A stretch of DNA of 58,369 nt from Klebsormidium nitens. Taxonomy: Eukaryota > Plantae > Klebsormidiophyceae. The notes beneath the pieces were generated by a model that saw nothing but the letters and a program-made list of their open reading frames with translations, had not been told where the DNA came from and made no database searches. The translations under genes and the position numbers were made by a program. Below, in pieces: positions 11,510 through 23,300 of the stretch. The stretch spans positions 1 to 58,369 of the forward strand of contig DF237522.1 in the NCBI GenBank assembly GCA_000708835.1, written 5' to 3'. Positions within the stretch are counted from its first letter, which is position 1; each line of letters starts with the position of its first letter.

Positions 11510-12815
11510 ATGGATGCTCAGATGTGCCCCGAGTGCAAGAGGGTCACGGCATTTGTCTCTGACCACTCTGCGGGGGATACCATCTGCACCGAGTGCGGCC
11601 TTGTCGTTGAAGCGCGCGTGATTGACGAGACGTCCGAATGGCGCACGTTCTCGTCCGGAGACACCACTCGCGATGACCCGAATCGTGTGGGGGGGCCAAC
11701 GAACGAACTGCTTTCTGACGGGGGGATGGGAACCATTATTTCAAAGTCAGTCACGGGGGGGGACTTCACGGGGATGAACCTGAGCCGGTGGCAGAACCGC
11801 ACATCAAATCCGGACCGCAATCTGCTGTCTGCGTTTCGGACGATCTCGGAAATGGCGGAACGGTTGAATCTGGTGGTGGCGATCAAAGACCGAGCGTGCG
11901 AGATATACAAAGAGATCCAGGACAGCCAGAGCATAAGGGGGCGGAGCCAGGCAGCGATATGCGGGGCCTGCTTATACATAGCCTGCCGGCAGGAGGAGAA
12001 GGCGCGGTCGTTCAAGGAGATAGGCACCGCCACGCAGGCCGCGACGGTGAAAGAGATCAAAAAGTGTACAGCGTTTGTGGTGAACACTTTGTCGAAGCGG
12101 ATGGGGGTGGTTAGCGCGGCTGACTACGTGCGGCGGTTTGCGAGTAACCTGGATTTGAAGCATAAGTTTGTCCAGGCTGCGGAAGAGGTTGTGCGACGCT
12201 TTGATGCGTACAAAGACAAGGGCAGGAGCCCTATTTCGGTTGCGGCGGGGGTGATCTTCATGCTGTCCCAACTGACTGAGGTGAGCCTTTGTCCAGGATT
12301 GTAGAGTCTTTCACAGATGGTGGAATTCATTGTTTGCAACGGGTATTGAATCCACTTGAAGTTAAATGGTTTTTGCCTCGAAGGAGAAGCAGCTTGTGTC
12401 TCTAGACAGAAAAGTCGGCTCCTAATGTTAAATTTCAGGGTTAACGAAGATAGGGCCCCAGCCCGCCTGGGGGACCTGCTCAGTTTGCTGCGGTTTGCGA
12501 TCCTGGTAACAGCGCTGTCTGAAGGAAGCCGTTGTCTAGCACTGACTGAACGGACTCTTCCAAGTTCGCATTTTTTGGTGCTGCTAGCCGGATATAAAAT
12601 TAAGCGAATGTGGAGAGGAACTTAAGTCAACTGCTGTTGTGATGCAGGATGACCGCAGGACCTGGAAGGAAGTTTCGCAAGCATCGGGGGTTTCGGAAGG
12701 AACATTAAAACTCAGTTATGCGGACCTGTACCCCTACAGAGAGCAGCTGATCCCAGAAAGCTTTGCTTCCCCTGAGAAGGTGCGCTTGCTTAGCGCTACG
12801 TTCAAATCTCGCTAG
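11510..12815 (+). CDS. TFIIB: Transcription initiation factor IIB (TFIIB) family protein, 312 aa, 2 exons
   Basis: join(11510..12280,12648..12815). Zn ribbon CPEC...CTEC, B-reader IDETSEWRTF, DPNRVGGP, and cyclin-fold motifs ACLYIACRQE and GRSPISVAA...SYADLYP. Confidence 0.93.
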
Positions 12816-13214
12816 AAGCGTATGCACAGTATCTGGTGTACTTTAAAGAGCTTAAAGCTCAAGTGCGCTCCCGGCCAGCAATCTGACGAGAACATCTAGA
12901 AGTTCTATACAGACTTAGTGCTAGATTGACAGGCCGAAGAGATGGGCCATGAAAATCGTATGCTTTAGCCTAGGTTGATTCCAAAGGGCCAACGCACTTG
13001 TTCCCTTTTCAATGTTCACAACTGCATCACTCGGAGCTTTGAGTACGTTTTGAGAAGCTGTTCGGTGTCGTTGGAAAGTTTCAATCTGTCGTCAACCAAA
13101 CGGATGAAACCAACTTGCGCTAGCATTGCCTGAGTGACGCCCATTTTCGAAATGTAACTTCAACAATATAGGGATGCGAGTGCGAACAACCTGTGATGTC
13201 TGGTTGAAGATTTC

Positions 13215-13800
13215 CATATGAATGTCTGCAGCGACTCATATGACAATGATGCCATCCTGTCTGATCCCTTCTCCGACATGGAGTGCCAGATATTATACTA
13301 TAAGATGCATAAGCGCTTACCGCGCCAGCATATGGAGCTCTAGGGCTCAGGCTGCTGCCATGCTAGAACACGAACGCGCACATGAGTATGCAATCATGCA
13401 ATGCCGCCAACGAGGGACTGCCCGGATACGTTGTGCTTGCGGGCCGCCCTCACTTGACCTTATAATCTGCATGCTTAACTCAGTGTGCGTCACTGCGCGA
13501 CGGTTGGCATGTATAAATGTGATCGATCCATCTCCGACAAGGATGCGAACTTAAGCACGTGCATACTTGCTTTACTATTAGAGCTAAACATGCGCTCACA
13601 TTACCGGCCTCCGCGCTTAATGACCCAACTAGTGACATAGTTCGTGATCACACATACACTAGTGATTAAGCCATGATCACTAGTAGTGACATATATGAAC
13701 ATGCAGTACAAATTGAGTATGCATATATTACACGATCACGAACCACACAACCGTGACCCCGTCGAACACATGCCAGTGTCACGGTGCACTCCACAGCATG
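13215..13800. other. Intergenic palindrome/CATG-rich island (between convergent TFIIB and MsrA)
   Basis: 11 CATG counted in 13201-13800, plus CATATG, ACTAGT and TGATCA. GCGGGCCGCCCT at 13439-13450. Confidence 0.6.
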
Positions 13801-14041
13801 TAGACAATTGTGAAATTGCACACAGTAATCAAATCTCATAGCTTCAAGTAGACGCTGGCGGTTTAAAACCAATCGGCAATGATTCCAAAAGAGGATCCTC
13901 TTTGTGTTCAAAAGCCACTCGCGTTCCTCGCTTTGGTCAATACAGCTCTCTACAATGATGCGCAACTCTACATTTGCGCGCAACAGATATTGTACATGAA
14001 AGTATCACCACTGCCTCGCAAGCAGACAGTCTTTCACTGAT

Positions 14042-15555
14042 CTAACCATAGCACCTGATGGGGTCATTGCACCCCTTGGCTGGTGACTGAGCCATCCCCA
14101 TCCGTCCTCCTTTAGACAGGTATTGCTGATGGTACTCCTCTGCCTTATAGAACCGCTTTGCAGGGAGAATCTCAGTGACTATCTTCCGATTCATCTTCTG
14201 CTGATGCTTGGCCAACGACTCCTTTGCTTCTTGCTCTTGTTGGTCGTCATAGGTGTAGATGCCGGACCGGTATTGAGTTCCAACATCACCACCCTGTAAA
14301 ACACGACATAAAACATAAGAAAACCTTGCAGGCCGCATCAGCGACATACTCAAAAGTGAGTATAACAAAAGGTCGAGAACTTGCAGGACCCCAGTATTGT
14401 AAGAGTGTCTGGCAAATATTTATCCATACAAGCCAACCCAAATACCACAGCAACTTCTGCTGCTTAAAGCGCTTTTCACTTGCACGCTTTTACATTTGCA
14501 GCAGAGACTGAAAGCGACCTGCCACATACACAGTGCAATATTCAAGGGCTTCAACATGGACCCGCTGCACACAACTTTTCACAACTTTTACCACGGGCCC
14601 TGAATCAGATTGAGCAAAGGGGAAAACAAGCCCTGAAAAAAATTTCAGTGGCTCACAGCTAGGCCACTAATGGCCATCACCAAAGCAGGATCAACACAAC
14701 TGTGTACACACTTGCACAATTGACTTGGCAACACAAGATGCAGACCAGATACGGAAGAGCATGCTCAGAGCCAGGCCCTTGATTGGCAAAGACAATGAAA
14801 CACAAGAAATGTAGACTTCGAAGAGCGTGCGCAGATTTCAATTGCACAGCATTGTTCATGCAGAATCTCTTGGTCACTCACAGGTTTCAAAAAACACACA
14901 AGTTTCCAAAACCGAATTTCAAAAAAAGACAGCGAAGACCATGAAGCAGCTACTTCACCTGTCTGTTCAGGGTAGTCGGGTCGTGCCTGCTCCAGAACAC
15001 GTCCAACAAGTTGCCATATGTGCACTCCTTGGGGTCGAACTCCACCCTCACAACCTCAGAGTGGCCGGTGTCCCCATTGCAGACTTCCCTGTATGACGGG
15101 TTATGTGTGGCGCCCTGCGTGTAACCCACCCAGGTCTTGCTAACCCCAGGCACTCTCTGGTACGCCAATTCAACACCCCAGAAGCACCCCGCACCAAACT
15201 GCGCAAACTTGTTTCCAGGTGCGGGGATGTCTGTATCAGGCTCCTGAGCCTCCGGAGCAATCTCCTGGGGGCCGCTACTCTTCCCCCCGAATGCAGATAA
15301 AAAGCTCTTCATGGAATCAGACAGGTCGTCAACACCGGAAGTGCCTGCTCGGACGGCTGATCGGCTGTTGAAGCTGCGAGAAGCGCTCTTCGGACGCCCC
15401 AATGACCTCAGACTCTGCACACTTTTGGTGGCGAGGAATGAAGATGAGATAAGCGCAGGGCAAGCAACGCTTTTTGTACGGGCCTGCAACTGGATGGAGC
15501 TCTGCAGGAGCTTGCTTGAGAGGGCGGAGGTTGATGTGGTCGCAAGGGCAGTCAT
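14042..15555 (-). CDS. MSRA: Peptide methionine sulfoxide reductase A with predicted plastid transit peptide, 282 aa, 2 exons
   Basis: complement(join(14042..14293,14959..15555)). Catalytic [31 protein letters not shown], and C-terminal [10 protein letters not shown] of plant MSRAs. The first ~80 residues are Ser/Thr/Ala/Arg-rich. Confidence 0.95.
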
Positions 15556-16509
15556 TTTCAGAGGCGACAAGGAAGCGACGCTTTGAAAATGCCTGGGAGC
15601 TGCGCCTGCGCTCCCCCTTTCTTCCTCCCTACGACGAGGCTGCGGGACAAAAGCGTGGAACCTTCTTGGGAGAGGGCGTCGTGGAGCTTTTGCGACCCTC
15701 CGTTTGATCATTCCCCAATCCAACGGCCAAGGTTGATCGAGACTCAACACCTTTGTTTAGGTAAACTTCAGAGAATGAGTACCTCTTTTCGGATGAAGGT
15801 ACATGTCATTGTAGCCCGATTCTGATCTACGAGTATGTATTCAGACGAACTAGGGGCGGTCAACAACACTGTCATCGGGTTCCAGCCTGCTGCCAGTGCA
15901 GGGGCCAAAAATTTGGTCCTTCGCAGGCCCACTCTCAGAGTCAGTGCGGCGCAATCCCCTTGCAATGGCCTTGGCATTGCTGATCAAAGGGGCAATTGAA
16001 GCAGCTTTTTGGCTTCTTCTGCCCCCCTTGCCAGTGGCCTGAAAAGTCAATTTCACATCGCCAGTAGAGTGTCATTTCACGAGGTTCCTCCTCATACTGG
16101 TTCTGTGGGTTTTGCCAGCAGGCATGCGTTCTTTAGGTCCCACGGGCAATAAGTACTACTGGCTGTTCTTTCTGAGCTGCCACGCAACGGCATTACGGCA
16201 TTACGCAATGCTGAGCCAATTCAGACCCAGCAACAAGAGATCTACCGTATGTAGTTCCTGCCAAGCTCATACCTGCTAGCTGGCACTGAGGGCATAAACG
16301 AGCTCCAGTTTGCGAAGCATCAGCACATAGTCTGGTTGTGCAAGCCGGTCGTTTGCATCCGGCAGGATTGAATACTCCTCTATCGGTTGTTTGCAGCCGC
16401 TTGAAAGAGTGGAAGCCAGCTCTTTCGAGGAGCCTAGTTCACTATTCAATCAAGCAAGTAACCTACATTCCGTCACTAGAGAGCCTTCCGCAAGGACATT
16501 CCTGGTGCC

Positions 16510-18880
16510 ATGGGGGCCAGTCCTGCTGATGATCTCCCCGTCATCCACGTAAAGTCCAAGGCCGAGTGGGACAAGTTCCGCTTTGAGAGCGGTTCTGAGC
16601 TGGTGAGACTTTTCATGACATTATGCTGAGATTGTTCACACCACCATGATGAGACTTTGGATTGATGTTTGTGTGATCTTCTTGCCACCCTCTTGAGATG
16701 CCCCTTTACTGTCATGGTTTTTTCTGTGGATATCAGTGCTTTGACATATATACAAGAAGAGAGATCAACATCCACGTTCAGACAGAACCTGTCCTGAACC
16801 ATCTTCCTTGCCACATGTTAGCCACATCCTGCAAGCCTTTTTCACTCTGAACAGCTTAATCTGCCTCGTCCACATTGATGCCGCGGCATCTGTTGTTCAC
16901 CGCGCCGTCTTTAATAGCTCCAAAACATAATAAGTCACTGTAGGAAGCCTGATTGGAAGTAAGGTAAACGGGTTTGAATACAAAGACGAAATGCGGAGGA
17001 CAAAGTACAAAGGAGTTTCTATAGTGCTGTCCGCAGTGGTTCCTTGTGACTTGATAAGATGGGGCGACAGCTCTTTAGGAAAACGCCAGGGCTTCCCAGT
17101 TTTACATGTCAAGTTTTCTTCTTCCTTTCCACCTTCTTTGCTTTATTCGTTGGGTATGATTTCCATGGGGGCCAATCTCTGGTTTCTGCACGTCCTCCTG
17201 GGAAGCTTGACATACAATGGAGGACCTGATCCAACCAGGCAATGGTGGCTCAACGGCGAGGAGTTGGAATATTAACGAGTGTCAGTGTGTGAAGTTGGAA
17301 AGAGTCTGCTAAACAGTGTTTCTTGATGACAAACCCAATCTTGTGCTCAAGTAGTCTTTCCGTGTCACCCTCCCTGCTTCTTGTCAGCTGCTTAGCATCA
17401 TCTATGACTTCTACAACCAGGTCTCTGAATTCTCAGCCAGGCTTTCTCAACCTTCATCATAATCCATACAGCTTCCGAAAAGGTGAACTCTGCGCCCCAA
17501 AACGCACAAGGAAGGAAAGCGAGAGAAACCGATTATGCGAAAGGCGCTTGGAAGGGACGGTTAAAGCTGAGCTCTCGGATTGTCCGCAGTTCTTCGTCGA
17601 CTTTTGGGCGACTTGGTGCAGCCCCTGCCGGGTGATGTCCCCAGTGTTTGTACAGCTGGCGAATCAGCACCCGAAAATCAAGTTCCTCAAAGTGGACATT
17701 GACGAATTGCAGGTGAGAGGTGCACCGCCGCTCTGGCGACCCGTCCCCTTCTTTCGTGTGCCTTCCTCATTCATTTGATTGTTAAGTTTCTTTGACAGGG
17801 AACCCCGCTTTGTATATCCTGTTCTAGAGAACTTTGAAATCTGCTCTTCTCTGCATTGAGCGAGCTCTACCGCCCCGCCTACTTTAACGGCACAGAAGTT
17901 CCGGTTACTCGCATGTCCGAAATGGATATGCACTGCTAATATCCGTCGAGTCTGCTTGGCCGCCTTCTTCCACATCGCGGGGCGGCCTGATTGGGTTACA
18001 GTTGCTAGCATTTACAGGATGCTCTACACTCTATCATTAAAAGCTATATACAAAAGCACGAAGAAACGTCCCAGGAAGCTTTTATTGCTTATTTGGGGAT
18101 TCCGCACCTCTGTTTGCACCCGGGTTGGATCAGCGACCTTCGTCTGCTTTACAGCCAAAGTTGATTGGTCGGACTCTATCCGACATGTTTAGTGGTGTGC
18201 GCTCGACGAGCCACTTGCTTCTCGGAGCGTTTTTGAAACGCTGCAGCTTCAACAAGAAAGTCGAATAGTATAGGAATTACTGTTAATGAAACACGTAGAG
18301 CGCGAGAGAGGTGAGTCCGGCAGGATGAACTCGACAGCACGGAACAATTTATGTAGCTGTCGAGTCTTGACTGGACCGTTGACGTTAACAGCCTTGATGC
18401 TTTCCGGTCATCAGGTCCCTCAAGTGTGTAGAAAGCCCGGTCATTGAACAGGATATGCCTGATGGTTCTCGATAACAGGACCTCTTCCGGCCCTAGCGCA
18501 CCCAATCATCCAACGGGGTTTGTATGATGGCTTTCGAGCTCTAGAGTGCATGATTGCCCGGTCTCTGGGAAAAGGGTTTGGATATTGGATTCTTGGAACA
18601 GGGTCTCTCACGGGCAAAAAGCGCCAGTCCTTTTACGGAAATTGCCGTGTGGTTTCTCGACTTAGTAGCGAGAAAACAACATTGTCTCACTCCGGACAAT
18701 GAAAGTCGGTCTCTGAACAGGTTTTCTCCTCCGCAGGATGTCGCGTTGCAAGAAAACATCATGTCCGTGCCCACGTTCCGTGCTTACCAAGGCGGGAGAG
18801 CCGTCGACGAGTTCGTGGGGGCGAACAAGCAGCACCTGGAGGCCTTCGTAGTGGCACACGTACAGACGGTGACTGCGTGA
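16510..18880 (+). CDS. TRX: Thioredoxin, h-type-like, active site WCSPC, about 119 aa, 3 exons
   Basis: join(16510..16602,17590..17712,18737..18880). VDFWATWCSPC, FLKVDIDE, cis-Pro motif SVPTF, and VGAN. Both introns are phase 0 at positions typical of plant Trx-h. The start codon is the least certain part. Confidence 0.85.
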
Positions 18881-19399
18881 AGTTTAATGACAGGATTGGT
18901 TAGGCTGATCGCAATCACGAGAAGCTACTTGAAGAATATGTGAGAAAGTGTGAACATGCATCATGCAGTGCTTTGGAAAGATGAAACAGACACCGCTCAG
19001 AAGGCCAGCTTATTGAATACAAGTCGAATGATTATTTTAGGACTAGTGATCGAAGAGTCGAGTAGGCCGTAAAAACTGCCAGACAGCTAGCTCGACTCGT
19101 CGATACAGGACATTGGATAATGAACCGGACCAATCAGTGACTCAGTGGACGTACACATACACAGAACATCATCTTAGGATGTACGGACCCGACCGTAAAG
19201 TATCCTGAAGGAAGTGCACTGCATACTCGTAATGAAGACGTGCATCTAGACAGGCCGCGGGCCGGCACTTGCCATGTGGCGTATGCAGTTTTTTCAAGCC
19301 GTGCATGCAATCGGGTCAAGTCGACGGTTCTATCTAGTTGCAGGTTAATCAACGAACACGATTTTTGTATACTAAGTACCCTACCGTACTGCAAATGAT

Positions 19400-19910
19400 A
19401 CATGTCGCCGATCATTCATGACCATATGTTCGACGATAAGTTCATGACCGGCCACGGGCTTAGTACTTAGCTGGATATGTGCCTAGGCTGGCTATAAGAG
19501 ATTATATATAATTCATTGCGTGAGACGTTGCACTAATTACGAGATTAAGGTTCATTCGATCTAGCAAATTAGATGTGCTGCCAGGGTAATGCGTCACTCA
19601 TGTCGGAATTGCGAGCTCCTGCGGCGGCCGGCCTGCTCGGCATGCAGCCCGCAGGCTTTATTTTTATCATGGGATCTCTGCATGCAATTCGATCTGGTCG
19701 GATCGATCGAGCTTAACGACGCAGGGTTCGAGAACCGCGGCCGCATTGACCGCCATCATGCATGCAGTGCATGGCACATGTCGCGGCCGAATCACTGCTC
19801 GAGACTTTCCAATTGTGGCACATGTGTGCTGTCACATATATGCTAAGACTAGGCTACCTAGCTATACACGTACATGACGGTAGCCTAGTCTTGAGATATA
19901 CCATGACGTA
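19400..19910. other. Intergenic palindrome/CATG-rich island (between convergent Trx and DUF1336 genes)
   Basis: 11 CATG counted in 19561-19920, GGATCGATCGA, and GCGGCCGC at 19737-19744. Confidence 0.6.
19845..19892. repeat. Perfect 14-bp inverted repeat with 20-nt loop
   Basis: AAGACTAGGCTACC (19845-19858) and GGTAGCCTAGTCTT (19879-19892). Confidence 0.9.
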
Positions 19911-20328
19911 ACTGACAACGGCAAGCCAAGTTGTTCGTGGCTGAAAGCACTACCAGTCTGAGCAATGAAAGGGCCATAAGAATGGCTGCGGACACCTTCA
20001 CGCTTGGGCACGGAAGGTTCAGTCGTTAGTACAGGCTGTTGCACTATAAGATGAAGCGGACACTATACTACAAAAGGATGAGCGTTCTGAAAGAATCGGG
20101 CATCAACGCTCAGGATTTCGAACGTCGGCTAATCCTAGTACAAGCGTGTTCTCAAACAAGTGCGCAACTATGCATGGAACCGGCGCCAAGTACTGAGTCT
20201 GACACTATACAGGTCTGGTACGAACAATTCCGGGCAATTGCAACGGTGCGGTGTTGCAGGAATCTAGGCACTCCAAGCTTGGAACGACGTCTACTTCCGT
20301 ACGGATGACCGGACCATGTTTCGGACCA

Positions 20329-23300
20329 TCAGATTGTGCGCGGCGTTCCGGACATCTTGACGCTCAGCGTTTCGGATGATCGGGGCGTGCGGTCGGGACG
20401 CTCCCGATGTTCCTCGTCGAGAACGTAGAGGGAGGGGCTGACGAAGTCGAACTTGTTCAGACAGGCGCAGCACAGCACGTGCTCGGGGAGTTCCTCCGGC
20501 CGGTTTCCCTGCAGGAAGTTTCTGGTGTGAATACCCCGCGATCTTGAAGAGATGTTGTAATGATTGTGTACGCAAAGGGAAGAATACGTGGTTCACTTGG
20601 AGAGAGGGAGCATGAAACAGCAACGGATGGAATGGAGCAACCTAGTTGCTCAGTTGAACAGATGAGAGTAATTCAAACAAAGGGAGGAAGCCGAATGAGG
20701 GGGGTTTGCATACGGTAGTTGCTGAAACCATGTGTCAAACTGGCTCAAAGAGAAGAGCGCCTTGACCAAATTAAGCAGGAGACAACAACCCGGACGAGAG
20801 CGCTACTGGAGAAAAATTGAGGCACAGGTATGCGAAAAGGACAAAGAACAGGGATAAAGCAAAGGACCAGCATAGCAGCTGGACGCCATACAAAACGGGG
20901 AGGATTATGGACCACATGCTTGAGTCAACGAAGAAAGGAAACCGAAAGACAGTTTTCCGTGACTGTGAGATCAGATTAAAAAGGGTACAGGTCGTACCTG
21001 GATGATGAGCGCAAAGTCAATGACCATCTGTTTGAGCCGTTGCCGGAACGACTCGAGCCCCTTGCGTGCCAGAAAGCTAAAGCGATGCACGTCAATGTCA
21101 ATCTCCATGTAGTTGTCCTCCTGCAAGCAGAGTTTGAACCCGGAAGCATTAGCAACCGGTACGAAACATTGAAAGTCGGTTAAACGCGTTGAGGAACCAG
21201 TTAAAAGCACCAGGGCTCAGTGCAGACTGTGCTCCAGACCAGGTCAAAGTAAACCCGTGCACCTGGATGAAAATTGCCGCGGTGGTAACGGCACGTGCTT
21301 CCTAATCGATATGTGCCAATTCTTTCAAATCACTAAGGCTCAAGCGTACACCGCTTCCTTATGACAGCTGTCAGAACGGATGGAAGGAGAACACTGACTC
21401 CCGGCGGACTCCCTAGATACCCCCTTCCCACTACAACCGCTTCGACCGACGGTCAAAGTCAGCAGATGCAATCAGCCTACTGTAGACCGTCGATCCTAGA
21501 GGGGTATCGGTAGGAGGGGTTTGTAACATCGCTCGGACTTCCATGTTCTCCCTCCTTCCGTTCTGTCAACAGGTGCAAACTCGCTGCCAGGTTAAACCAA
21601 TCGCACCTGGAAAAACACGTGCTGCGGGCGCGAAAGAACGGGCTTCCCGTTGTAGTTGGTCGCGAGCTTCCGCTCCGTGAGGCTCATGTCGACCTCGTCC
21701 ACGTTGCGCATGCTCGCAATCAGCTTCAGCCTATCGCGCAGCGACACCTGGCTGCCCATCAGCCCGACCTTCTCCTGATCGTCCCCCAGAAACCGCTGTA
21801 TGACAGAGGAACGCTCTCGCTCAAGTCTAATCCAGACAATCTTTGGTTCTTTACAAATATGGGGTCAGCATGTGTCTTTTGCTATAAAGCAATTGGCTAC
21901 CCACCAGCCCAATTGCGTCTTGCTCATCAGCTTGGGACCGCTGCACAGCGAAACAGGATGTACAGCTCTCGTCGACTCTAGCAGTTGCTAAAAGCCTCGA
22001 CGTTCTGGATTAGTCAGAGCCCAGCGTGGAGCGACAGCTACCAGTGTATTGCCTGTGAGGTTTGTGTTCGCGTTTGCCCTATAAATTTACGAGTTGTTCA
22101 TGGGCACTAGCCCGACAATCTCCAGCTTGCACCAAAAGAAACCAACATCTGCTCGGTACGGGGATGGACCAGTTCGTGACATCCTAGACATCAACCAAAC
22201 GGCTTCGATCAACCACGGGGTGACACCTGTTTGTCTCGACTTGTCAGGCCTCATCCCAACCCTGCTCTGCAATGGCCTCCTCGGGTATCTTACGACATCC
22301 CCTCCTACCATTAGCGTTCATTCAGTGGAAGCTCATAGATTTGCAGCGAACCGGTCCGACAGAGAAAACCCACCTTGAGCAGCGCAAACGCGGCCGGGGG
22401 CGGATTCTTCTCAAACTCCTCGTTCAACCGGAAGCACAGAATCACGTTGAACCCCTCCCCGTCCTGACCCTCCGCCCCCCCGAAAATGCTCGGGGGGTAG
22501 AGCGGAAACTGCAGGTTGACCACTAACACGCGTGGTAACCCGTCCCGCCCAAAGGGCTCGCCCCGGCACGGGATGTCCATAAGCTGGGCGACGTGCATAA
22601 GCTTTCGGACGGAGTGGTATACGTCGACCGCGAGGAGCTCGTATATCGGGTGCATCATGGCCAGGATCTTTTTCTTATCCCTGAGTGGAAAGGAGGAGGG
22701 TGAGGGACTATTCTTTAATTGTCACATAAGAAGCACAGTCAAATTTCGGAGAAGGGTGCTCCTGAGATTTGTTTTCGGAACAGCGCTAACGGAAGAAGGA
22801 GGAATACAAGGACCAACTTGTGCTGTCATTATTCCGTAAAGACTGTAGGACACCAATCCGCCTCCAAAAACAAAGAAGCAGAATAGAGACGGAGAGAGAC
22901 CGCTTTGCCAAAGCGCCTCCGGCAGTAAAACGTAACGTCATTGGGACCGAACACGACAAGCTGTCTCGGAACAACGTTAAGAACGACTAGCTGATGTCAT
23001 ACACGTAAGCTGTGGTCCCACAAGGAAGGGAACTTGGCCATGATGTCCTTCAAATACGACATCTTCGAAGCAAATCGAGAATCACGAATCAAAAAGTCTG
23101 GCCGAGCATGAATGGTTGACATCCCCACAAGGTGAACCTAGATGACCAGGAGAAGACTTTGCACGCTTCAAGAAGACTGTCACCGACGAAACCGTCCCTT
23201 CCATTTGCATTCTCCCACTAAGATACAGCAAGCAGACAAAAGCGCAGAAGTCTCACTTCATGTACGTCTTTCCCCTCAACACGAAGCTCGCCGCGTCCAC

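Noticed and set aside
11518-12271. Antisense and alternate-frame ORFs over TFIIB (similarly over HID1 exons 4 and 9 and DUF1336 exon 2, for example 23260-23961)
   Set aside because: They are shadows of GC-rich coding sequence with no recognisable motifs.
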